Shown here piece by piece: positions 9,702 through 17,982 of a DNA stretch of 64,000 nucleotides. A model generated the notes under the pieces. The model had not been told where the DNA came from. It did no database searches and saw nothing but the letters and a program-made list of their open reading frames with translations. The DNA is from an uncultured Bacilli bacterium. GTDB taxonomy: Bacteria; Bacillota_I; Bacilli_A; RF39; UBA660. The stretch spans positions 10,986-74,985 of the forward strand of contig CANRFQ010000003.1 in assembly GCA_947629935.1 (NCBI GenBank), in the 5' to 3' direction. The translations under genes and the position numbers were made by a program. Numbering within the stretch: position 1 is the stretch's first letter; each line of letters opens with the position of its first letter.

Positions 9702-10487
9702 ATGTTAGAAAATAGAAAATTATTATATATCAATAATATTTTAATGGCTCTTTGTGAAAAATATAATTATGAATTTTTAATAGATTCCGCGCAATTAGCC
9801 AAAATAAAAGAGTCAAGAAAAGTGTATTATACAGATTTTCAAAATTTTAATATTGAAGTTTTGAATTGTAACAATGCTTTTATCATCGCCGAAGTTATTA
9901 GCTTAGTTTATAATACCCTCCAATTATTAGGTTTAAAAAAAATAAAATTAAATATCAATAAGAGTTTAATGAAAGAATATTCCTTAGAAAAATTATCGGA
10001 ATATTTAGAATTACTTGATATAACTTATAACTTAGATTCTAAAGAGAGTGATCAAGAAATACTTTGGGATATCCAAATATCTAACTATAAAAGTAAACTA
10101 AGTATAGGTAAATATACAGATAATAAAATTTCGGGAGAACTAGCTTTAAACCAGGTATTAGATATATTAACCAAAGAAGAAATTAAACTACCTTTAGATA
10201 ACTCTATAGATGTATTTATTTGCTATCATAATGAGGAAGAGAAAGAGACAGCTTTATATTTAAGCCAAGATTTAAGAATTAATGGCTTTAGTTGTGATAC
10301 CGATTATTTAGATAGTGATTTCGAAAAGCAACTGAAAAAGTCTTTAGAATTTAATAGTAAATATGTTATAATTTTAGATGATCAAGATATAAATAATTTT
10401 GTTGTTAATATCAAAGATAATAAGACTAATGAAGAACAAAAAATCCCAATAAATGATTTAGTTGATTATTTAGATATGAATATGTAA
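9702..10487 (+). pseudogene. Degenerate histidyl-tRNA-synthetase-like paralog/remnant, covering the core C-terminal region and the class II anticodon-binding domain; catalytic motifs are lost
   Basis: IIAEVISLVYNTLQLLGLKKIKLNINKSL aligns to the HisRS VIALAMSIYEKAGLENVKLVINSLGD region. A degenerate motif-3 region is followed by a clear HGTP_anticodon-like domain (IDVFICYHNEEEKETALYLSQDLRINGFSC...KYVIILDDQDI...). There is no RBS. In Bacillus the syntenic order is relA-dtd-hisS-aspS. Confidence 0.45.
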
Positions 10488-10506
10488 TAGAAAAAGAGGT
10501 ATATTT

Positions 10507-11817
10507 ATGCAAACTATTAAAGTAAAAGATTTAGAGCAATTTTATGATCAAGAAGTTTTAATTCAAGGATTTGTTGAAAACATTCGCAATTTACAATATG
10601 TTATTTTTATGATTGTTAAAGATGAAACTGGCAAAGTGCAAGTAACAATTGAAAAAGAAAATAATGATGAGTTAGTTAAAATAGTAGAAGACTTAACTTT
10701 AGAAAGTACTATTAAAGTTATCGGAAAATGTTTAAATAGTCCTTCTGTTAAATTAGGGGGAAAAGAAATTATTCCCAAAGAAATTGAAGTTACTAGTAAA
10801 TCTTTAGAAGAATTACCAATTAATATTAAAGATAAAGATAAAACTTTACGAGAAACAAGATTAGATTATCGTTTTTTAGATTTAAGAAGAGAAGACAATA
10901 ATTTACTTTTTAAAATCGAAACAACATTTGAACATGCTTTAAGAGAATACTGTATTAATAACGGTTTTATGGAAATTCATTCTCCAAAAATATCTGCATC
11001 CGCTGCAGAAAGTGGAGCCGAGACTTTTAAATTAGATTATTTTGGCGAGCAAGCATGCCTTTCGCAATCTCCTCAATTTTATAAGCAAATGGCCATGGCT
11101 TCTGGCTTTGGTAAAGTATTTGAAATTGGTCCAGCTTTTAGAGCGGAAAATTCTCATACTTCTTATCATGCGACCGAAATAAACATGGCTGATATTGAAA
11201 TTTCTTTTATTGATAGTTTTGCAGATGTCATGGATATGGAAGAGGCTTGGTTAAAATATGCTTTTTCGAAAGTTTATGAAAAATATGGTGACCAAATTCA
11301 AAAAGAATTTAAAACGGAACTTTCTAATTTAGATGTTGCTTTTCCGCGCATAACTTTTAAGGAGGCTAAAAAGATCTTAAAAGAAGAATATCATTTTGAA
11401 GGGGAAAGAACAGATGACTTTGAACGTAAAGAAGAAATGCTTTTATGTAAATATGCCAAGAAAAAATACAATAGTGATTTTATTTTTGTAACTAAGTATC
11501 CATTTGCCGCGCGTCCTTTTTATCACAATTTAGATGAAGAAGGTTTAACTAATAGTTATGATTTATTATATCGTGGGGTTGAAATAACTACCGGTGCCCA
11601 AAGAGAACATCGCGTAGATATCTTAGTTAACCAAATAAAAGAGAAAGGTATTGATCCTGAATCTTTAGAGTTTTATATTGAATTTTTCAAATATGGTTGT
11701 CCACCTCATGGCGGATTTGCAATTGGAATCGCCCGTGTTTTAATGCAAATGTTAAATATTGATAATATTAGAGAAGCTACATTTATATATAGAGGTCCCA
11801 CAAGATTAAAACCATAA
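10507..11817 (+). CDS. aspS: Aspartyl-tRNA synthetase, short archaeal/eukaryal-type (AspRS2; probably non-discriminating)
   Basis: 436 aa and collinear with archaeal AspRS: QSPQFYKQ motif, FRAE, and a C-terminus GAQREHRVDILVNQIKEKGIDPESLEFYIEFFKYGCPPHGGFAIGIARVLM. Bacterial-type AspRS is about 590 aa. Confidence 0.85.
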   Translation: MQTIKVKDLEQFYDQEVLIQGFVENIRNLQYVIFMIVKDETGKVQVTIEKENNDELVKIVEDLTLESTIKVIGKCLNSPSVKLGGKEIIPKEIEVTSKSLEELPINIKDKDKTLRETRLDYRFLDLRREDNNLLFKIETTFEHALREYCINNGFMEIHSPKISASAAESGAETFKLDYFGEQACLSQSPQFYKQMAMASGFGKVFEIGPAFRAENSHTSYHATEINMADIEISFIDSFADVMDMEEAWLKYAFSKVYEKYGDQIQKEFKTELSNLDVAFPRITFKEAKKILKEEYHFEGERTDDFERKEEMLLCKYAKKKYNSDFIFVTKYPFAARPFYHNLDEEGLTNSYDLLYRGVEITTGAQREHRVDILVNQIKEKGIDPESLEFYIEFFKYGCPPHGGFAIGIARVLMQMLNIDNIREATFIYRGPTRLKP

Positions 11818-11846
11818 TAACAAATTAAAATAAAGGAGAAAATACT

Positions 11847-13220
11847 ATGGACTTAAAAGATATATTTCAAGATAATTATTTAAATAAAGAAGTTACTTTA
11901 AAAGGTTGGATTAAAAATCATCGTCGTCAAAAAGAGTTTGGCTTTATTGATTTTAGTGATGGTACTTGTTTTAAAAGTATTCAATTAGTTTATGATAATT
12001 CTTTACCTAACTTTGAAGAAATTTCCCATTTATTAGTAGGAAGTGCTATAAAAATACAGGGAACCGTTATCGAAAGCCAAGGTAATCAAGATATTGAAAT
12101 TAAAATCACTTCTTTAGAAGTTTTAGTAAAATCTTCCGAAGACAATCCAATTCAACCGAAAAGACATACTCGGGAATTTTTAAGAGAAGTATCTTATCTT
12201 CGCCCGCGTACTAATTTATTTAATGCGGTCTTTAGAGTACGTAGTACTGTTGCTGGAGCTATCCATAAATATTTTCAAGAGAAAGGCTATGTTTATGTTC
12301 ATTCGCCAATTTTAACAGCTAATGATGGGGAAGGCGCTGGGGAAATGTTTAAGGTTACCACTTTTGATTTAGCTAATGTTCCAAAAACTGAAGATGGTAA
12401 TATTGATTATAAACAAGATTTCTTTGGGCAAAAAGTTGGCCTTACAGTTACGGGCCAGTTACAAGCGGAAGCTTATGCCTTAGCTTATAAAAAAGTATAT
12501 ACTTTTGGTCCTACTTTTCGAGCTGAGGTTTCCCATACGAAAAATCATGCTTCCGAATTTTGGATGATTGAACCAGAAATTGCTTTTTGTGATTTAGAGG
12601 GCTTAATGGATATTGAAGAAGATTTATTAAAATATTTAATCAAATATACTTTACAAAATTGTCCAGAAGAAATGGAATTATTTAATAAGTTTGTCGAACC
12701 AGGTATTATTGAAAGATTAAAAAAAGTCTTAGATACCAAAGCTGTACGCATTACTCATGCCGAGGCTATTAAAATATTAAAAGAAAGTGGCCAAAAATTT
12801 GAATTTGAACCTAAAGATGGAGAAGATATTGCTACCGAACACGAAAAATATTTAACCGAAGAATATTTTAAAGCTCCAGTTTTTGTTAAAGATTGGCCTA
12901 AAGAAATAAAAGCCTTTTACATGCGTCTTAATGATGATCAAAAAACTGTTGCTGCTGTTGATTTATTAGTTCCTGGTAGTGGAGAATTAATGGGTGGTTC
13001 GCAAAGAGAAGAAAGACTAGCTGTTTTACAAAAGAAAATGCAAGAATTAGGTGTTCCGGAAAAAGGCTTAGAATGGTATTTGGATTTAAGACGTTTTGGT
13101 GGAGGACTTTCGAGCGGTTTTGGAATGGGCTTTGAAAGATTAATTATTTATCTTACAGGCGTGGATAATATTCGTGATGTTATTCCATTCCCAAGAACAC
13201 CAAATAGTTGTGATTTTTAA
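11847..13220 (+). CDS. asnS: Asparaginyl-tRNA synthetase
   Basis: Near-collinear with E. coli AsnRS (…YLRPRTN…ANDGEGAGEMF…FGPTFRAE.SHT..H..EFWM.EPE…VIPFPRTP). Confidence 0.9.
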   Translation: MDLKDIFQDNYLNKEVTLKGWIKNHRRQKEFGFIDFSDGTCFKSIQLVYDNSLPNFEEISHLLVGSAIKIQGTVIESQGNQDIEIKITSLEVLVKSSEDNPIQPKRHTREFLREVSYLRPRTNLFNAVFRVRSTVAGAIHKYFQEKGYVYVHSPILTANDGEGAGEMFKVTTFDLANVPKTEDGNIDYKQDFFGQKVGLTVTGQLQAEAYALAYKKVYTFGPTFRAEVSHTKNHASEFWMIEPEIAFCDLEGLMDIEEDLLKYLIKYTLQNCPEEMELFNKFVEPGIIERLKKVLDTKAVRITHAEAIKILKESGQKFEFEPKDGEDIATEHEKYLTEEYFKAPVFVKDWPKEIKAFYMRLNDDQKTVAAVDLLVPGSGELMGGSQREERLAVLQKKMQELGVPEKGLEWYLDLRRFGGGLSSGFGMGFERLIIYLTGVDNIRDVIPFPRTPNSCDF

Positions 13221-13255
13221 TTAAATTGTTAAAAATTTAAAGTAGGGTGAAGTTT

Positions 13256-13555
13256 ATGTATTATTACAATAATTTAATAGAGTGTATATTATATTTAAAA
13301 CATTATGAACAAAACAAATTGTTTTTAGAGGCTTTTTATGAAGAATTAGCTACTGGTACAACACCAAATTTAATTAAATATAATCCGGAATATACTTTAC
13401 GTTATTTAAAATTTAAACAAGATTATTTAAGGGAACTAGCTACGGCCAAATCTTTAATTAATCAACAATATTACTTAAACGAAATTCAAAATAAAACAAA
13501 AGAAGAAAGTTTAAATATTGAACTTAAAATTAGTTATCAGTCAAGGAGTTTTTAA
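13256..13555 (+). CDS. Hypothetical small protein (about 99 aa; the ORF track starts at 13247 with GTG)
   Basis: GGGTGA RBS precedes the ATG at 13256. It is translationally coupled to the next ORF through an ATGA overlap at 13555. No recognisable domain. Confidence 0.35.
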   Translation: MYYYNNLIECILYLKHYEQNKLFLEAFYEELATGTTPNLIKYNPEYTLRYLKFKQDYLRELATAKSLINQQYYLNEIQNKTKEESLNIELKISYQSRSF

Positions 13556-13779
13556 TGATTTTAGATAAAATGCAAGCCCAAATTGATGAAATTATGAATT
13601 ATGAGTCTAACATCCGTTTTATGACTATCAAGACTTGGCAAGAACAAAGAGTTCCTCTTACTTACATGTTTAAACCGCAAGAAGAAGAAAGATATGCCTT
13701 GTGGCTTAAAAATTATTTACAAGCTCAAAAGAAGTTTTTAGAGTTACTAAATTCTCATGTGGAACGCAAATTAAAATAG
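13555..13779 (+). CDS. Hypothetical small protein (74 aa); not GatC-like
   Basis: AAGGAG RBS 7 nt upstream. It sits between asnS and gatB, and the sequence does not resemble GatC. Confidence 0.35.
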   Translation: MILDKMQAQIDEIMNYESNIRFMTIKTWQEQRVPLTYMFKPQEEERYALWLKNYLQAQKKFLELLNSHVERKLK

Positions 13780-13793
13780 AAAGGATAATCTTT

Positions 13794-15221
13794 ATGAAAT
13801 ATATTCCAACCATTGGTTTAGAGTTACATTGTGAAATGAATACTAAATCAAAAGTTTTTTCGCCGGCTAGAAATGAATATAATGAAATTCCCAATCTTAA
13901 TGTTAAACCTTTAGACATGGCTTTTCCGGGAACTTTACCTGTTTTAAATAAAGAAGCCTTAAGAAAAGCGTTTAGAATGGCTCTAGCCTTAAATTGCCAA
14001 ACGCCCGATATTTTACTATTTGATCGAAAAAACTATTACTATCCCGATTTACCTAAAGGCTATCAAATAACGCAAATGAAAAATCCCGTGGGAATTAATG
14101 GTTATTTGGATATTGATGTTAATGGTTGTGAAGAAAGAATATTAATTCATGATATTCATTTAGAAGAAGATACAGCCTCTCAAGATCACTATGATGATTA
14201 TTCCTTATTAGACTATAATCGTTCTGGCGTTCCTTTAGTCGAAATTGTTACAGAGCCATGTATTCATTCGGCTGAGGCTGCTGTAAGTTATTTAGAAACT
14301 TTACGCAATACTTTTAAATATTGTGATATTTCCTTAGCTGATACTAAATTAGGACAAATTAGATGTGACGTTAACGTTTCTTTAGCTCCTGAGAAAACTA
14401 ATAAATTGGGAACTAAAGTAGAAATGAAAAATATTAATTCTTTTGCTAATGTTGCTAAAGCTATTGATAGAGAAATTCAAAGACAAATGGATTTAATAAG
14501 CCAAGATAAACAAGCCGAAATTGTTCAAGAAACTAGACGTTATGATGAAGAGACAAATCAGACGATAAGTATGCGTAGTAAAGTAGACGCTATTGATTAT
14601 AAATATTTTGTCGAAGCTAATATTCCGAAAATGACTATTTCTGATGATTATATAGAAGAAATTAAAAAAGAAATTCCGGTATTACCTTATTATCGTTTTA
14701 AAAAGTATACCCAAGAATATCAGTTAACTACTAAAGAAGCTAATTTACTGATTAAAGAAAAAGAATTGGCAGATTATTTTGATAAATGTATTGCCATTGG
14801 TATTAATCCTAAATCAGCAGCTAATTGGATAATAGTCAATATTATTACAGAATTAAATAAAGAAGATATAAAAATAAGTGAATTTTATTTAACTCCTGAG
14901 TTTTTAAAACAAATAATTTCTAAGATTGATGATAATACTATATCTTCTAAACAAGCTAAAGAAATATTTAAAAAATCTATTGAAAATCACAAAGAACCTC
15001 GAGAATTTATGACTAACGAGAATACGCAATTATCAAATGAAGCAGAACTTAGAAATATTATTGAAACGATTATTAATAATAATCAAGAACAAGTGAAAGA
15101 TTATCAAAACGGCCATGATAATTTATTTAAATATTTTGTTGGTCAAGTAATGAAAGAAACTAAAGGTAAGGCTAATCCTATATTGACTAATGAAATATTA
15201 AAAGAATATTTAGACAAATAA
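13794..15221 (+). CDS. gatB: Asp-tRNA(Asn)/Glu-tRNA(Gln) amidotransferase subunit B
   Basis: 475 aa and collinear with B. subtilis GatB (IGLELHCEMNTKSKVFS…YPDLPKGYQITQ…HLEEDT…, with a C-terminal YqeY-like domain). RBS GAAAGGATAA. Confidence 0.9.
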   Translation: MKYIPTIGLELHCEMNTKSKVFSPARNEYNEIPNLNVKPLDMAFPGTLPVLNKEALRKAFRMALALNCQTPDILLFDRKNYYYPDLPKGYQITQMKNPVGINGYLDIDVNGCEERILIHDIHLEEDTASQDHYDDYSLLDYNRSGVPLVEIVTEPCIHSAEAAVSYLETLRNTFKYCDISLADTKLGQIRCDVNVSLAPEKTNKLGTKVEMKNINSFANVAKAIDREIQRQMDLISQDKQAEIVQETRRYDEETNQTISMRSKVDAIDYKYFVEANIPKMTISDDYIEEIKKEIPVLPYYRFKKYTQEYQLTTKEANLLIKEKELADYFDKCIAIGINPKSAANWIIVNIITELNKEDIKISEFYLTPEFLKQIISKIDDNTISSKQAKEIFKKSIENHKEPREFMTNENTQLSNEAELRNIIETIINNNQEQVKDYQNGHDNLFKYFVGQVMKETKGKANPILTNEILKEYLDK

Positions 15222-15247
15222 CATTATTTATATTGCAAAATAAAATA

Positions 15248-15345
15248 GGAAATTATATAATATAAATGTAAGTGCTAAATGTATGGCATTTACACAATGT
15301 GGGTAGACGTTATGTTAATTTTTTTAACGGCGTCGCATCTACTCC
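15248..15345. other. Structured GC-richer segment (nested inverted repeats) in the gatB 3' region
   Basis: A 9-bp stem tgtaagtgc/gcatttaca with a 10-nt loop, followed by nested repeats gtaga..cgtta..taacg..tctac. Function unknown. Confidence 0.2.
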
Positions 15346-15351
15346 TAAATG

Positions 15352-15420
15352 AAAACGTTCGTCAATTCGAACGTTTTTTCATGTAAATAAAAAAGAGAGT
15401 TTGGCTCTCTTGATTTTGGT
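15352..15420. terminator. Two tandem rho-independent terminators between the convergent gatB (+) and cotZ-like (-) genes
   Basis: aaaacgttcg-tcaatt-cgaacgtttt is a 10-bp stem flanked by an A-run and a T-run (bidirectional). aagagag-tttgg-ctctctt is followed by a T-rich tail. Confidence 0.7.
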
Positions 15421-15426
15421 TTATTT

Positions 15427-15894
15427 TTAAACACAATCAACTGTTGTATCACTTAAGCATTTAATGCAGCAAACGCAACTTAAGTTCATTGTAAAGAAAG
15501 AATTTGTTGCTACATATGGCATAGAATTGCAGCAGCTTGGTTCGGGATTGTCAGCTAAAACTCTGAATGTTGCACAATTACCATCTATTTTTTCAACTCT
15601 AAATACACATGAGCAGCAATTATTACCATTATCACTAGCTTGAGGATTAGAACATGTTATTGAGCTATCTTTACAAACAGGCATTGTCCATGGTGTTCCA
15701 TTACCGCAGCAAGTATATAACATAACTGGTCTTGTATTGCAGATTAAACAATTTGGGCCACCACCTAGCATAGGACGATCACAAGAATCTAAACAATTTT
15801 CGGGACTTGCATTTTGTTGAAGAATTAAAATGACATTTAATATATCAGCTATGCAGTTTCCTTGATTATTAGATGTCGAATTATTATTACACAT
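15427..15894 (-). CDS. CotY/CotZ-family Cys-rich spore coat/crust protein (the track ORF extends to 15921; the start is more likely the ATG at 15894, which has an AAAGGGTGA RBS)
   Basis: NNCCSCVFRVEKIDGNCATFRVL matches the B. subtilis CotZ segment NGPCFNTVFFRVERVHGSCATLSLL. NLSCVCCIKCL matches DLDCFCAINCL. 23 Cys residues in total. Confidence 0.55.
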   Translation of the reverse strand: MCNNNSTSNNQGNCIADILNVILILQQNASPENCLDSCDRPMLGGGPNCLICNTRPVMLYTCCGNGTPWTMPVCKDSSITCSNPQASDNGNNCCSCVFRVEKIDGNCATFRVLADNPEPSCCNSMPYVATNSFFTMNLSCVCCIKCLSDTTVDCV

Positions 15895-15958
15895 ATTATT
15901 CACCCTTTCATGTATTCTCACTAATAATTTATGTGAAAAGAATAAAAGAGTGCCAGTA

Positions 15959-17038
15959 TTATAATTTTATAATATAAGTTTCTTCATGTTTTATTGTGTC
16001 ACATACTTTGATTTTTAAGATTTTATCAATCAAAAGCGTATTTTGATTTGTCCATTTTTCGCCGATTATATTAAATAATATAAAGAAATAACAACAAATT
16101 TCTATTAAAATAGCATAAAGAGGATTAAGACCAAAGTAGATAAGAGGTAAATAAATATGGAGAAGTATGCCTTCTAGACATAAACTTCTAGCTATATTTT
16201 TAAAAATACTAGTATTTTCTAATCTGATATGAACAATTTTCTTACCGATAGTTTGACCTTTAAATAAAATTAAAGATAAAGCAAAGTAACAAATGATTAT
16301 TATAAATAGTATTAAATAGTTTAAATACTTTCTAAAAAGTAATACCGGAAGAGCAATAATAATTAAATCTAATAAGTAACCGATAAAACGACGAGAAAAA
16401 GTAACATCTTTGCTTTGTCTTAAAACTTCTTCTTCTAACTCTAAAGTACTTGGTAGAAAATGGGCAAAGATGGGCGTAATACCAAATCCTAAAAATCCTC
16501 CTAGTGTATTGGCTATTAAATCATTAACATCAAACATACGATAGGGGCGAGGATACAAATAGTAAAGCCCAGTAAGTTGGGTAATTTCTAAAAATAACGA
16601 TAATAAAAATGTATAAAAAATTGTAGTAAACCATCCTTTATTAAAATAATATCTTAAGTAAATTCCAAAAGGGATAGTTAGTAATACATTAAATAATGGC
16701 TCAAAAATGCGATGGGAGGTAAATAAAGAAATATAAGTAGAGGGATCAGTTAAAATAAATTGTTTGGCATTTCTTAAATCACTTATAAATTCAAACAATT
16801 TTAAGTTATACCATCGTCCTTGATAGGCAGCTACATCTTTAATCTTTGGTAAAGGCAGAATAACTAAAAAATAAATACACAGTAAATAAAAAATAAAAGA
16901 AAATATAATTAAAACGCGTTTTTTGGTAATAGCTCCATATTTATGATATTCATAAATCATATAGGGTATTGTTAAAATTAAGACTAGTAAAGGAAAAATA
17001 ATAAAAGCACTAATTAAGGAATGAAAATAAATATGCAT
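15959..17038 (-). CDS. Polytopic membrane protein with a VanZ-like N-terminal domain and an RDD-family C-terminal domain
   Basis: VanZ-like region (…EITQL…RPYRMFDVNDLIANTLGGFLGFGI) and an RDD-like region (RRFIGYLLDLIIIALPVLLF…GQTIGKKIVHIRL). RBS AGGTGG. Confidence 0.45.
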   Translation of the reverse strand: MHIYFHSLISAFIIFPLLVLILTIPYMIYEYHKYGAITKKRVLIIFSFIFYLLCIYFLVILPLPKIKDVAAYQGRWYNLKLFEFISDLRNAKQFILTDPSTYISLFTSHRIFEPLFNVLLTIPFGIYLRYYFNKGWFTTIFYTFLLSLFLEITQLTGLYYLYPRPYRMFDVNDLIANTLGGFLGFGITPIFAHFLPSTLELEEEVLRQSKDVTFSRRFIGYLLDLIIIALPVLLFRKYLNYLILFIIIICYFALSLILFKGQTIGKKIVHIRLENTSIFKNIARSLCLEGILLHIYLPLIYFGLNPLYAILIEICCYFFILFNIIGEKWTNQNTLLIDKILKIKVCDTIKHEETYIIKL

Positions 17039-17065
17039 AATACCACCTATAAAAAAAGATTTATT

Positions 17066-17383
17066 TTATAATAAATCCTCAATATATCTTTTTAAAGCTT
17101 TAGCATTTTTACCAAAAATTATTTTAAGTTGATTGTCGACTTCCACAATGCCTTTAGCTCCCAATTTTTGAATACCATCTTTATCAGCTTTACTAACATC
17201 TTTCAAAATAACTTTAAAGCGGGACATATTACATTCGCAATTTATTATATTATCTTTACCACCAAGATATTGAATTAATTTATTAATTTCAATTCCAAAA
17301 TCTTTTTTATTAATTTTAATTATAATTAAAGATATTATAATTAAAACTGCGATTATTATTAAATATTGCCATATAGAACTCAT
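17066..17383 (-). CDS. Membrane-anchored PTS EIIB-like domain protein
   Basis: An N-terminal TM helix, then GGKDNIINCECNMSRFKVILKD, which resembles the glucose-family EIIB active-site region (GGKENI..CxTRLR..LKD). Confidence 0.4.
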   Translation of the reverse strand: MSSIWQYLIIIAVLIIISLIIIKINKKDFGIEINKLIQYLGGKDNIINCECNMSRFKVILKDVSKADKDGIQKLGAKGIVEVDNQLKIIFGKNAKALKRYIEDLL

Positions 17384-17400
17384 ATCTTATCACCACTTTA

Positions 17401-17430
17401 ATTATACAATAAAGAATATTATTAATGCAA
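17401..17430 (-). promoter_or_regulatory. Extended -10 promoter (TTGCAT, 18-nt spacer, TG, TATAAT) for the EIIB-like gene
   Basis: On the minus strand: ttgcat, an 18-nt spacer ending in TG, then tataat, then RBS AGTGGTGA and the ATG. Confidence 0.45.
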
Positions 17431-17530
17431 TATTAATTATCTTAATTATTTAGGCAAAGTAATAGTATTTTTTTATTTAAGATAAAAATAAAAACTTTAG
17501 GTAAAGTATTTACAAAAAGTCAAAAAAATA

Positions 17531-17559
17531 TTGACACTTCATACAAATGTACGATATAG
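17531..17559 (+). promoter_or_regulatory. Sigma-A-type promoter TTGACA-N17-ATATAG
   Basis: A perfect -35 TTGACA at 17531..17536 and a -10-like ATATAG/TATAGA 17-18 nt downstream, upstream of the 22-aa peptide ORF. Confidence 0.4.
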
Positions 17560-17594
17560 ATGTTGCCGTACTTCTAAAGGAAGTAGGTGATATT

Positions 17595-17663
17595 ATGAAT
17601 AGAAAGAATTTATTAATTTTTTCTTTAATAATAATTATCTTATTAATATTATTAAAAATTTAA
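17595..17663 (+). CDS. 22-aa hydrophobic peptide (MNRKNLLIFSLIIIILLILLKI)
   Basis: A strong RBS AAGGAAGTAGGTGA lies 5 nt upstream of the ATG, with a consensus promoter further upstream. The peptide is a single predicted TM helix. It is not in the ORF track because it is under 60 aa. Confidence 0.3.
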   Translation: MNRKNLLIFSLIIIILLILLKI

Positions 17664-17674
17664 TATAAAATAAG

Positions 17675-17708
17675 AAATCATCTAACTCAGCAATGATTTA
17701 GATGATTT
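17675..17708. other. Perfect 11-bp inverted repeat (aaatcatctaa ... ttagatgattt) with a 12-nt loop
   Basis: Seen directly. On the plus strand it is followed by an A-run; on the minus strand by a T-rich tract. Possibly a terminator for the peptide transcript. Confidence 0.3.
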
Positions 17709-17982
17709 TACAAAAAAACTTACGGCAACAACTAACATGCTCTTGTTAATTTGTTCCTTTTTTATTTTATGCAAATTTTCTTTGCATAAACACTATACCA
17801 TATATTTTAATTTTAGACAAGAAAATGATTAAAATTTAAAGTAGATGTTTTAGTCAAATAAATTTTTATACCAATTTATTGCAGCAAGAACTATATAATT
17901 TAATTTATTAAAAATCAATAGTTTGACGTTAAAAAAGATTTATTATAAAATTATATTGCAATTTAGAGAGGAAGAAACCGCA

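Noticed and set aside
13555-13779. The 74-aa ORF before gatB being GatC
   Set aside because: There is no resemblance to the GatC consensus (…ARLA.TE.E…). The length and composition differ.
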